From an uncultured Spirochaetota bacterium (GTDB lineage Bacteria > Spirochaetota > Spirochaetia > SZUA-6 > Fen-1364): DNA of 64,000 bases. Position 1 is the stretch's first letter. The number at the start of each line of letters is the position of its first letter. The position numbers and the translations under genes are program-made. Below the pieces are notes generated by a model. It saw nothing but the letters and a program-made list of their open reading frames with translations. It was not told the origin of the DNA and made no database searches. This document shows, piece by piece, positions 38,755-48,451 of this stretch. Location of the stretch: contig CAWAHW010000002.1 of assembly GCA_963781885.1 (NCBI GenBank), positions 192,001 through 256,000 on the forward strand, written 5' to 3'.

Positions 38755-39867
38755 TCACTCCTGGGCGACGCCCTCTGCGGGCGCGAGAGATGGGGGCTCG
38801 GTCGCAAGGGGCTCGGGCCGCGCGACCGGGTAGCGGAGCGTGACGTAGCGCTCGGAGCTCGAGGCATCGTGCACCGCGTGCATGATCTCAAGGGCGTGAA
38901 ACGCCAGGGCGCCGGATGCGCGGTGTTGCCTGCCCGCAGCCATGGCGTCCACCATCTCGGCGAGGCCCAGGCCGCGCAGATTTTCTGCCTCCTGCACGGG
39001 AACGTCGATCCATTCCTCGTCCACGCTGGCCCGCATGCGCACGGGACCGCCGTATGTATTCGGGTCCGGCACGGAGAGAGAGCCCTCGGTGCCATAGATC
39101 TCGATGCGCGGCAGCGTCGCGTGCCAGATGTCGAAGGAAAGGATGAAGCTTCCCACCGCGCCGCAGGCGAAATCGATGGTGCCCGCAGCATGCGTGGGAA
39201 CGTCCACGTCGATGAGCTGGCCCGCCTTCGGACCCGTCCCGACGACGCGCCGCCGGAATGTGCGGGAAACGGAGCCCGAGACGCGTTGCGCGGGGCCCAG
39301 GAGCGCGATGAGCGCCGTGAAGTAATACGGTCCCATGTCGAAGACGGGTCCGCCGCCCTGCGCGTAGTAGAAGGCGGGATCCGGATGCCAGCTCTCGGGA
39401 CCGTGGCCGGTCATGAAGGCCGTGGCGGCCACGGGTGCGCCAATGGCGCCTTCGTCGATCAGGCGGATGCATGTCTGGATGCCGGCCCCGAGAAATGTGT
39501 CAGGGGCGGCGCCCACGCGCAGGTTTTTTTTCCGCGCGAGAGTCATGATGCGTTCCGCGTCTTTCAGCGAAACGCTCAAGGGCTTCTCCGTATAGACGTG
39601 CTTTCCCTCCCCCAGCGCCGCCAGACATATCTCGGCGTGCGAAAGGGGGGTGGTGAGGTTCAGGACTATCTCGATGGATTCGTCGGCGAGCATGTCCTCC
39701 ACACTGCACGATTTCACGGCGTAGGCGGCAGCCTTTTCCCGTGCGCGCGCGGCATCGACGTCCGCCACTGCTGCCACCTTCACGTTGGAGAATCGCTTCG
39801 TGAGATTGGAAAGGTAGACGTCGCTGATCGTGCCGCAGCCGATGACGCCGACTTTCACCCTATCCAT
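38755..39867 (-). CDS. Gfo/Idh/MocA oxidoreductase
   Basis: GVIGCGTIS, KHVYTEKP, APDTFLG, GPESWHPDP, GGGPVFDMGPYY. Confidence 0.9.
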   Translation of the reverse strand: MDRVKVGVIGCGTISDVYLSNLTKRFSNVKVAAVADVDAARAREKAAAYAVKSCSVEDMLADESIEIVLNLTTPLSHAEICLAALGEGKHVYTEKPLSVSLKDAERIMTLARKKNLRVGAAPDTFLGAGIQTCIRLIDEGAIGAPVAATAFMTGHGPESWHPDPAFYYAQGGGPVFDMGPYYFTALIALLGPAQRVSGSVSRTFRRRVVGTGPKAGQLIDVDVPTHAAGTIDFACGAVGSFILSFDIWHATLPRIEIYGTEGSLSVPDPNTYGGPVRMRASVDEEWIDVPVQEAENLRGLGLAEMVDAMAAGRQHRASGALAFHALEIMHAVHDASSSERYVTLRYPVARPEPLATEPPSLAPAEGVAQE

Positions 39868-40582
39868 GCCCGCCTCCCTGGCCGTAGTACGCATCCTTGC
39901 CGTGCTTGCGCTGGTAGTGCTTGTCCAGCAGCGTTTTCTTCACGCCGCGGATGCGCGGGTTGACCTGGACGGCGATGGCCGCCATCTCCGCGGCGTATTC
40001 GAGCATCCACGCGTGATAGACCGCCTCCGCGGCATCCTTGCCCCAGGTGAAAGGACCGTGGGAGGCCACGAGCACCGCGGGCATGCCGTGATAGTCGATG
40101 CCGCGGAATGCATCCAGTATCTGGACCGCGGTCTCTTCTTCGTAGTCGCGCGTGATCTGTGCATCGGAGATCACCGCCGTGCAGGGCACTTCGCCGTGGA
40201 AGTAATCCGCGTGCGTGGTGCCCAGGCAGGGCAGGCCCCGGCGGGCTTCCGCCCACGCGGTGGCGTAGCGTGAATGCGTGTGCACGATGCCGCCGATGTC
40301 GGGGAACTCCCGATAGAGACGCACGTGCGTCTTCGTGTCCGACGAGGGGTTGAGGTCCCCCTCCACCTTTTTCCCGTCCAGGTCCAGTACGACCATGTTC
40401 TGCGGCGTCAGCTCGTCATAGTCCACGCCGCTGGGCTTGATGGCGATCAGCCCAATGGACCTGTCGATGCCCGAGACATTTCCGAACGTTGCCACCACCA
40501 GCCCGCGGTCCACGAGACTCTTGTTCGCCGCGCAGACGCCTTCCCGCAGGCGCAGCAGGAGCTTCTTGTCTGACGATTTCAT
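39860..40582 (-). CDS. araD: L-ribulose-5-phosphate 4-epimerase
   Basis: FGNVSG, IKPSGVDY, PSSDTKTH, HTHS, GTTHADYFHG, LLDKHYQRKHGKDAYYGQ. Confidence 0.93.
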   Translation of the reverse strand: MKSSDKKLLLRLREGVCAANKSLVDRGLVVATFGNVSGIDRSIGLIAIKPSGVDYDELTPQNMVVLDLDGKKVEGDLNPSSDTKTHVRLYREFPDIGGIVHTHSRYATAWAEARRGLPCLGTTHADYFHGEVPCTAVISDAQITRDYEEETAVQILDAFRGIDYHGMPAVLVASHGPFTWGKDAAEAVYHAWMLEYAAEMAAIAVQVNPRIRGVKKTLLDKHYQRKHGKDAYYGQGGGHG

Positions 40583-42264
40583 AGGCTGCTCAGCATCGGC
40601 GCGAGGCTCTTCGCGAGCTCCTGGTAGCGGCCGTAGAGAGCCGTGTAGCGCGCCGCGCGTTTCTTGTCCGGCGTGAATGTCCTGTCGAAACCGCTTCCCA
40701 TCTTCTTCTGCGCCGCGGTCACCGTGCCGTACACGCCGCCTGCGACCGCGGCGAGCATGCCCGCGCCCAGCGCGCAGGCCTGGTCCGACGCCACCACCTT
40801 GATGGGCATGCCGAGCACGTCGGCGGTCACCTGCATGACGAAGGGGCTCTTGCGCGCGATGCCGCCCATCGCGATCACGCCGGCGATGGCAACCCCTTCC
40901 GCCCGGAACTGCTCGACGATGGCGCGCGATCCGAACGCGGTTGCCTCCACGAGGGCGCGGAAGATGCGCGGCGCGGTGGTGCCCAGCGTCAGCCCGACCA
41001 CGGCGCCTTTCAGCGTCTGGTCGGCAAAGGGCGTGCGCCTGCCGTTGAGCCAGTCCAGTGCCGCGACCGTGGAATCCGCGGGATCGACCTTTTCGGCTTC
41101 GGCGGAGAGCCTGTCGATCAGCGTATCCTCGATCGCCTCGAATGCCCTGGAAAGCGCCGCCGTCGGCGCGCCTTTACCCTTCCCGGCTGCGGCCTGGTGC
41201 AGCGGCCAGCAGAGCAGGTCCTTGAACCACGCGTACACGTCGCCGAATGCGGACTGTCCCGCCTCCAGACCGATGAGGCCGGGGAGGACGGAGCCGTCCA
41301 CCTGCCCGCATATGCCCGCGACGCACTTTGCACCGATGGCCTTTTTCGGCGCAACGAGGACGTCGCAGGTGGAGGTTCCCATGATCTTCACCAGCGTCTT
41401 TTCAGAAATGCCGCCGCCGACGGCGCCCATATGCGCGTCGAATGCGCCCACGGCAACGGCGATGCCTGGCTGCAGCCCGAGGCGTTTCGCCCATTCCGGC
41501 GTGAGCCCGCCCGCGCTCTGGTCGGAGGTGTGCGTTTCCTTGTAGAGACGCGCACGCAAGCCCTTCAACAGGGGATCGACGGTGACGAGGAAATCCTCCG
41601 GCGGAAGACCGTCCCAGTCGGGATGCCACATTGCCTTGTGCCCGGCAGCGCACCTGCTCCTCTTCATGGACAGGGGCTCTGTCGTGCCGGTGAGGAGCGC
41701 GGGCATCCAGTCGCAGTGCTCGACCCAGGAAAAAGCCGCGGTGCGCATCTTTGCATTCACGCGCAGGACGTGGAGGATCTTGGACCAGAACCATTCTGAG
41801 GAGTACACGCCACCCTCGTAGCGGGTGAAGTCCGTTCCGCCCCAGCCGCGCGCCTTTTCATTGAAGAGCGCCGCTTCCTTCACACCCGTGTGGTCCTTCC
41901 ACAGCACGAACATCGCGTTGGGATTCTCCTCAAAGCCCTTGGTAAGGGCAAGCGGCGTTCCCGTGCGGTCCACCGCGCACGGCGTGGAGCCGGTCGTGTC
42001 GATGCCAATTGCCTTCACATTTTTTGCTGCGCGCGCGCCAAGGTGCGCCAGGGCGCCTTTTACGGCGGCCTCCATGGATTCCATGTAGTCGCGCGGATGC
42101 TGGCGGAACATGTTCTGGGATGGGTCGCAATATTTCCCCGCGGCCCAGCGGCGGTACCAGGAAACCTCGCTCGCCAGCTCCTTGCCCGTCGTGGCATCGA
42201 TGACGACCGACCGCACGGAATCGGTGCCGAAATCGAGGCCGATGATCAAAGCGTCCTGTGCCAT
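40579..42264 (-). CDS. araB: Ribulokinase
   Basis: GLDFGTDSVR, FRQHPRDY, LWKDHT, YSSEWFWSK, SRCAAGHKAMWH, GICGQVDGSV, DWLNGRRTP. Confidence 0.93.
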   Translation of the reverse strand: MAQDALIIGLDFGTDSVRSVVIDATTGKELASEVSWYRRWAAGKYCDPSQNMFRQHPRDYMESMEAAVKGALAHLGARAAKNVKAIGIDTTGSTPCAVDRTGTPLALTKGFEENPNAMFVLWKDHTGVKEAALFNEKARGWGGTDFTRYEGGVYSSEWFWSKILHVLRVNAKMRTAAFSWVEHCDWMPALLTGTTEPLSMKRSRCAAGHKAMWHPDWDGLPPEDFLVTVDPLLKGLRARLYKETHTSDQSAGGLTPEWAKRLGLQPGIAVAVGAFDAHMGAVGGGISEKTLVKIMGTSTCDVLVAPKKAIGAKCVAGICGQVDGSVLPGLIGLEAGQSAFGDVYAWFKDLLCWPLHQAAAGKGKGAPTAALSRAFEAIEDTLIDRLSAEAEKVDPADSTVAALDWLNGRRTPFADQTLKGAVVGLTLGTTAPRIFRALVEATAFGSRAIVEQFRAEGVAIAGVIAMGGIARKSPFVMQVTADVLGMPIKVVASDQACALGAGMLAAVAGGVYGTVTAAQKKMGSGFDRTFTPDKKRAARYTALYGRYQELAKSLAPMLSSL

Positions 42265-42273
42265 GCAGCTCTC

Positions 42274-43716
42274 CTATGCCCGGGTGCCGGTGACGGCCGC
42301 CCGTTGTGTTTCATGGTCGTGATTGTAGACGTCCCAGCCGAGGTAGCGGGTGAATGCCTCTTCCACCGCACCGGCGACGCGGGACGGGTTTATTGCAACG
42401 TGGTGCTCGAATCCACTTTCGCAGATGAAGCGCAGGAGCGTTTGCAGGTGAGGGATGCGCGCGACACCGTGACCGCCGAATGTCGTGATGGGGTCCTTCG
42501 TGAGCTCCCCCTCGCCGACGAGAGCGCGGATGCTTCCCGCCGTGTCGTCGGTGGAGACGCGGCAGTAGGTGAACTCCGTCGGGGCAAGCCTGCCGGCGAT
42601 GGTGCCATAGGCATTCTCCCGGCCCAGCGTGCCGGCGAGGATCTCGTTGTAATCCATGACCCCTTTGTTGGCCAGAAGCTCTTGTGGGAAATTGCTGCAG
42701 TGGAAGAGCACGCACTTGTCGGGGTCTTCCGCGTAGTTGTTGTTCCAGTCGGCGAGCGCGCTCGGCCTGCCCGACGCCTGCACCATTGCGTACATGCCGA
42801 CAAGACCCGTGATGTCCGTCTCGCAGGCGCTGGGGCACAGGGCATTGCTCATCATGCTCATTGCCGTGCAGGGGACCACGCCGAAGTATTCCTCCATCGA
42901 CGTCCAGCACTGTATCGCCGTGCCGGAGAGGGAATGCTCCTTCACGTACTCCTCCAGGACCACGGCGAACTTCGCCATGCGGACAAGCGCCTCCCGCGGT
43001 ATCTTGCTCACCTTCACATAGTCGCGTATCTCGTCCAGCTTCGAGAGCACCGCGGAGTCCTTGTCCTTGAACGTGCCGGCCTTGCCGAACATCTCCGACA
43101 GGTCGACGCTTTCCACGGAGATGCCCGCCCGCTCCAGGAGCTTCTCGCTGTAGCGGACGGTCGTAAAAGCGGCCGGGCGTGCCCCGATCTGTGCAAAGCG
43201 CGCGGAGCGCAGGGCGCGCACGACACGGCAGGTGGCCGCGAAGCTGCGGAGGTCCTGGCGGAATGCCGGCGCCTCGGGATCCATGGTGTGCTGGGAGGTG
43301 AGGGAGTAGCGGAGGCCGTACTGCTTCAGGCTGTTGCACGCCGACATCTTGCCGCAGAAGCTGTCGCGCCGGTGCTCGACGCCCATGCGGCCCGGCTCGT
43401 CGGGAAAGGCGTGGACGAGCACGGGCACGGAGAGACCGGCGAGGCGTAGCGCATCCGCCACGCCGCGCTCGTCCCCGAAATTGGGCAGCGTGACGAGGAT
43501 GCCGTCGATCTTCTCACGATTCGCCTTGAAAAGCTCCGCGCAGCGTGCGGCGTCCGACCAGGACTCCACGGAGCCGTACGTCGTGTCCTTGGGGGTGAGG
43601 GCGACCGCCTGGATCCCTTCCTCTTTCAGCACCGCGAGGATGGTCTTGCGTCCCTGCTCACACAGCTCCGCGGGGAAAAAGCCACGGTTGCCGACAAGCA
43701 CACCGAGGGTCGTCAT
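42274..43716 (-). CDS. L-fucose/L-arabinose isomerase family protein
   Basis: GNRGFFP, LPNFGDE, RRDSFCGKMS, IQCWTSMEE, ACETD, LFHCSN, GFEHHVA; SD AAGGAG. Confidence 0.85.
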   Translation of the reverse strand: MTTLGVLVGNRGFFPAELCEQGRKTILAVLKEEGIQAVALTPKDTTYGSVESWSDAARCAELFKANREKIDGILVTLPNFGDERGVADALRLAGLSVPVLVHAFPDEPGRMGVEHRRDSFCGKMSACNSLKQYGLRYSLTSQHTMDPEAPAFRQDLRSFAATCRVVRALRSARFAQIGARPAAFTTVRYSEKLLERAGISVESVDLSEMFGKAGTFKDKDSAVLSKLDEIRDYVKVSKIPREALVRMAKFAVVLEEYVKEHSLSGTAIQCWTSMEEYFGVVPCTAMSMMSNALCPSACETDITGLVGMYAMVQASGRPSALADWNNNYAEDPDKCVLFHCSNFPQELLANKGVMDYNEILAGTLGRENAYGTIAGRLAPTEFTYCRVSTDDTAGSIRALVGEGELTKDPITTFGGHGVARIPHLQTLLRFICESGFEHHVAINPSRVAGAVEEAFTRYLGWDVYNHDHETQRAAVTGTRA

Positions 43717-43794
43717 CTCATTCTCCTTTTGATTGAGCGGAAAGTGCGGCATGTACGATAAGTCCGGGTCAGGCAAAAGTCAAGGATTCCGCCT

Positions 43795-45414
43795 TCAGCG
43801 GACGATGCCGGGAAGGACGTACGCCTCGATGAGCGTGATGATGCTGATGATGAAGGCCATCGCAAGGCTGTGCCCGACGGTGGCCCGGAAGAGCCATCCC
43901 TCCTGTCCCTCCAGGTGGGCCGAGGCCGTCGCCACCGCGATGCTCTGCGGGGAGACCATCTTCCCGGCGACTCCCCCCGACCCGTTGGCCGCCACCATGA
44001 GGGCGGGATTCAGGCCGAGCCTTTCCGCCGTGGTGCGCTGGAGGGACGCGAAAAGGGCATTGGATGAGGTGTCCGACCCCGTGACCAGGACGCCCAGCCA
44101 TCCCAGGAGGGGGGAGAAGAGCGGAAAGAATACCCCCGTTGCCGCGAGCGCCGCCCCGATGGTCGTGCTCATGCCGGAGGCGTTCAGGACAAACGCGGTG
44201 GCAAGGATGAGACAGACGGTGACGATGGTGCCGAAAAGACCGCGTATCGTCTTGCCCAGGGAGACAAGAGCCTTGCGCGCGCCAAGATTGGGAAGGAACA
44301 GGGTGGAAATCACGGCGGACAGGAATATCGCCGTGCCCGGCGTCGATGCGATGGGGAGGGAGAAGACCACGCCCGGCCGCCCGGGCCACGGGAAGCTGAT
44401 GTCGCCAAGCTTCAAAAGGGGCACCAGGGGACCGAGGCTCCAGAGCAGGACCATGATCGACATGAGGAGGTAGGGAAGCCAGGCGCGGAATATCGCCGCT
44501 GCTCCGGGCTGTGCTCCCGCCGCGCCTGCTTCTGAAGGCTGCCCGCTGGCCGGGGAGGCGACGGCGGCCGCGGTGGAGGCACCGGGGAAGTCCCACGTCG
44601 TCTTCGGCTTCCAGATCCTGAGGAATACCCAGAGCCCGGCCAGCGTGACGATGCCGGAGAGTATTCCCGCGGTCCACGGCCCGCTGAAGTTCGCGATGAG
44701 GAACTGCGTCACCGACATCAGGAGCCCTGCCACCACCAGGGCGGGCCACACTTCGCGGGTCCGGCGCCAGCCGCAGAGAACGACGCACAGCCAGACGGGG
44801 ACCACGAGCGCGAGGAGTGGCACCTGGCGGCCGATGATCCGACCCAGCGTGAGCGCGTCGATGCCGCTCACGCCCGCAGCCACCGCCACGGGTATGCCCG
44901 CCGCGGCAAATGCAACGGGGGCGCTGTTTGCGATGAGGCAGAGGACCGCTGCGGACCGTGCTTCAAAGCCCAGCCCGACGAGCATGGCGGCGGAGATGGC
45001 CACCGGCGTGCCGAACCCTGCTGCACCTTCCAGGAATGCGCCGAATGCGAAGGCGATGAAAAGCGCTTGGAGCCGGCGATCGGAGGTGATGGAGGCGAGC
45101 GAGCTGCGAATCACATTGAATTGCCCTGAGGCAACCGCCAGGGAATGCACCCAGAGCGCCGACACGACGATCCAGAGGATGGGGAAGATCGCCGTCGCGA
45201 CCCCCTGGAGGCTGGAGGAGAGTGCGGCCGGCACGGGCATGCCCCACGCGATGACCGACACCAGGAGGGAGACCGCGGCAGCCGCGAGCGCGGGCGTCCA
45301 GCCGGGCAGGCGGCCCCAGGCCATGAGCCCGAAGAGCACCGCGAGGGGAATCACGGCCGCGAGGGCCGAAAGCCCGAGATTTCCCAGGGGCGCCAGGGCA
45401 GGTGACCACGGCAT
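43795..45414 (-). CDS. L-lactate permease (LctP family)
   Basis: DRRLQALFIAFAFGAFLEGAAGFGTPVAI, ANSAPVAF, TGSDTSSNALF, GKMVSPQSIA. Confidence 0.9.
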   Translation of the reverse strand: MPWSPALAPLGNLGLSALAAVIPLAVLFGLMAWGRLPGWTPALAAAAVSLLVSVIAWGMPVPAALSSSLQGVATAIFPILWIVVSALWVHSLAVASGQFNVIRSSLASITSDRRLQALFIAFAFGAFLEGAAGFGTPVAISAAMLVGLGFEARSAAVLCLIANSAPVAFAAAGIPVAVAAGVSGIDALTLGRIIGRQVPLLALVVPVWLCVVLCGWRRTREVWPALVVAGLLMSVTQFLIANFSGPWTAGILSGIVTLAGLWVFLRIWKPKTTWDFPGASTAAAVASPASGQPSEAGAAGAQPGAAAIFRAWLPYLLMSIMVLLWSLGPLVPLLKLGDISFPWPGRPGVVFSLPIASTPGTAIFLSAVISTLFLPNLGARKALVSLGKTIRGLFGTIVTVCLILATAFVLNASGMSTTIGAALAATGVFFPLFSPLLGWLGVLVTGSDTSSNALFASLQRTTAERLGLNPALMVAANGSGGVAGKMVSPQSIAVATASAHLEGQEGWLFRATVGHSLAMAFIISIITLIEAYVLPGIVR

Positions 45415-45458
45415 CGGGATGAAGGTAAACATCCCGGGCGCGGTCTGTCTATGCCGAT

Positions 45459-46770
45459 TTACCGCGCGCCGGCCGCTCCCTTTGTCGAATCCAGAAGCGG
45501 CTTGTTGGACAGGAGGAACGACAGGACCAGGCCGATGACGGCGAATCCGCCTGCCACGATGAAAGACCAGAAGGACGCATCCGCCGCCGCCATCCTGTCC
45601 TGGAATGCGGCGAATATCTGCGGGCCGACGACGCCCGCCGCGGCCCACGCCGTGAGCACGGCGCCGTACACGGCCGACATCGAGCCGGGGGCCGAAGACG
45701 TCGCCGATGAAGGACGGCATGGTGCCGAAGCCGCCGCCGTAGCAGAGGAGCACCCAGCAGACCAGGATCGCGAAGACCCAGGGGCTGCGCGTGATCACGA
45801 GCAGGCCAAAGACGACGATCTCGGAACCGAGCATGATGCGGAAGGTCTGCGCGCGTCCGGCCTTGTCGGAGAGGGTGCCCCACAGGAAGCGCCCGGCGCC
45901 GTTGAACAGCGAGCTAGCCGCGACGAGCGTCGCGCCGAACGCGGCAAGGGCCGCCGCGGTGAGATCGGGATTGACGCGCTTCCAGAGGTCCTGGAACAAG
46001 GGCGATTGGAAGCTGATGATCGAGATGCCGGCGACGATGTTGAAGAAGAACACAAGCCACAGCAGGATGAACCGGCCCGATGCAATGGCACGGCGGGGCG
46101 TGATGTCGATTGTGTCTGCCGGTCCTTCCTTCCCGGTTGCGGCCTTCGAGCCTTTCGGCATCCATCCGGGGGGCGGGTTTCGCATGAAGGCGGCCGAGCA
46201 GAGACCCAGCACGAGGAAGACGCCGCTCAGGCAGAGGAAGACCGTGACGAGGTTGCGCCCCGTGAGGTCGAGAAAGAGAGGCGCGAGCACCTTGCTCATG
46301 AAAAGCGCACCGAGGCCGAATCCCATGACGACCATGCCCGTTGCAAGACCTTTCTTGTCCGGGAACCACTTGGAAACCGTTGCGACCGGCGTCACGTACC
46401 CGAGCCCCAGGCCGATGCCGCCGATCACGCCGTACCCCACGTACAGCAGGGGAAGCGACTTGATGCTGAACGCGAACGCGGCAATCGCGTAGCCGGCGGC
46501 GAAAAGCGCCGCGCCGATCATCGCCATGGTCCGGGGGCTCCGCCGGGGAAGCTGCACGCCGCCCCACGCGGCGGTGACGCCGAGGAAGAAGATCGCCAGG
46601 GAGAATATCCAGGCGACTTCAGTGTTCGACCAGCCGAAGGCATCCTTGAACTCGCGGACCAGGAGACCCTGGAAGAAGCTCCAGGCGTAGACGGTTCCCA
46701 AGCACAGCATGAGCACCGTGCCCATCGCGGCGATCAGCCAGCGCGTACCTTTCCCTGTTTCAGCAGCCAT
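45459..46770 (-). CDS. OFA family MFS transporter (frameshift at about 45681-45692)
   Basis: CLGTVYAWS, GLGYVTPV..KWFPDKKGLATG, CYGGGFGTMPS; C-terminus MSAVYGAVLTAWAAAGVVGP in ORF 45459..45680. Confidence 0.85.
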
Positions 46771-46835
46771 GTGGTCTTCCTTTGTTGTGGAATTGGTGAG
46801 CGTCTGTCCCGTGCTAACAGGAAAAGGGGCCGCTG

Positions 46836-47510
46836 TCAATGCCGGAGGAACGGTGAGATGCCGAGGTACAGGCCGAAACCGATGATCGCGGCGCCGCAGA
46901 GACCCAGCATCGCGCTCACGAGTCCCTTGCGGATGCGGCGGCGCCCCAGGGAGAGCGCCGTGGAGACGGCCGTGTACCAGGAGAGGTCGCCCAGCTCGTG
47001 GCCGACGAAGAAGGCCAGGAGGGCCGGCCAGGTGCGCAGGCTGATGTCGAAACGGAGGAGAAAGGCCGCGCCGATGGTCACCCACCAGATCCACCAGTAG
47101 GGATTGCTCATCGAGACCAGCACGCCGGCTGCCACGGGATCAAGCCTGCTCATGAAGCTTCCCGGTTCCTGCGCGTCCGTCGTGGAAAGCTCGATGCCCC
47201 GGGTGCGGACCGTCTCCCGGATGAGCCCGATTCCCATGTACAGGAGAAGCCCGGCGCCGACGACCCCGATGATCTTTGCCGCGAGAGGCTCGCGCAGGAA
47301 CGCCACCACGCCGAGGGCGAGCCCGACCAGGAGGACGGCTTCCAGGGCCGCGTGCCCCGCGATGACCCGCACGCCGACGAGCCACCCTCCCCGCGAAGCG
47401 CGGAGGGTCCGGGCGATGGTGTAGGTAAAGAGAGGGCCGGGCATGAGCGCCCCGCTCAGCGCCATGACGAATGAAAGTGAGAAAACGACCCATAGTGTGG
47501 AGGGGGACAT
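46836..47510 (-). CDS. LysE family translocator
   Basis: LSGALMPGP, GHAALE, SNPYWWIWW, GHELGD. Confidence 0.85.
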   Translation of the reverse strand: MSPSTLWVVFSLSFVMALSGALMPGPLFTYTIARTLRASRGGWLVGVRVIAGHAALEAVLLVGLALGVVAFLREPLAAKIIGVVGAGLLLYMGIGLIRETVRTRGIELSTTDAQEPGSFMSRLDPVAAGVLVSMSNPYWWIWWVTIGAAFLLRFDISLRTWPALLAFFVGHELGDLSWYTAVSTALSLGRRRIRKGLVSAMLGLCGAAIIGFGLYLGISPFLRH

Positions 47511-47626
47511 CGGAGGAACGCTATCACGCGGCGCCGCGCGCTGACCATGGGCGCAACCGCCGTTTGGCGAAATCCCGGGAAATGCGATATCTTCTATATA
47601 ACTTTTTGCATATATAAGGAGCATGA

Positions 47627-48436
47627 ATGCGCATCAAGGTGCTTGTTCTAAGCCTTGCGATCGTCGCCGCGCTGACGGGGTGCGACCTGTGGAACTCGAT
47701 CTTTGGCAGCAGTGGCGCCTCGATCACCAGCTTCACGATTGACGGCATTGTCGGCACGGCAACGGTCGACGCGACGCAACACACGGTCGTGGCAACGGTT
47801 GAGCCGATGGACATTTCCGCGCTGACTCCCACGGTCACGGTCTCCGCAGGCGCGACACTTACCACCGCCCCTGTGCAGGACGGCGTGCCAGTGACATTCA
47901 CGGTCACGGCGCAAAACGGTACCGTCACGTCGTGGCAGGTAACGGTCAACGTGGAGTATGGAACGTCCTTCACGGTCGACGGGACGACGAAGGTCGTCAT
48001 GACCCACGGGTATGTCGACCCCAGCCAGACCTATTCCGCCAGCTTGATCGGCAATGACCGGCCGGTCGGGTACACGTACTCGACCACAACTTATATTGAT
48101 TCATTTGCCGCGGACCAGCAGGTGCAAGGGGGTGGGCCAATAGGACACACCTATCTCGACTTCGGTGGAACGAGCGTGGGTTCATATACCGAAGCGAACG
48201 CCGATTTCAATTACGACGACGGGGCCGGCAACGTTTTGAATATTGGCTTCAACACTCCCTCATCCAGCGGCACATTCAGCGTGAATGAGTATGGTACGGC
48301 TTTCGGCCAGACGATCGAGGGAAGCTTCAGTGGCACGGCAAGTGACGGCTCCAATACTCATTCAGTGACCAAAGGATTCCTCAAGGTCCTCACGGTCGAC
48401 AACAGCTCCCACTGGGCGAACCGTCCGTTGCTCTGA
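47627..48436 (+). CDS. Hypothetical lipoprotein, beta-rich/Ig-like
   Basis: Lipobox LTGC after hydrophobic stretch; Thr/Ser/Val-rich; VTFTVTAQNGT motif; SD AAGGAG. Confidence 0.7.
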   Translation: MRIKVLVLSLAIVAALTGCDLWNSIFGSSGASITSFTIDGIVGTATVDATQHTVVATVEPMDISALTPTVTVSAGATLTTAPVQDGVPVTFTVTAQNGTVTSWQVTVNVEYGTSFTVDGTTKVVMTHGYVDPSQTYSASLIGNDRPVGYTYSTTTYIDSFAADQQVQGGGPIGHTYLDFGGTSVGSYTEANADFNYDDGAGNVLNIGFNTPSSSGTFSVNEYGTAFGQTIEGSFSGTASDGSNTHSVTKGFLKVLTVDNSSHWANRPLL

Positions 48437-48451
48437 GCCGTTTTTCGCCGA

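Noticed and set aside
43795-47094. 1,099-aa OFA-MFS/lactate permease fusion
   Set aside because: Caused by a +1 shift near 45681-45692; the real MFS C-terminus is in ORF 45459..45680 and the linker is out-of-frame sequence
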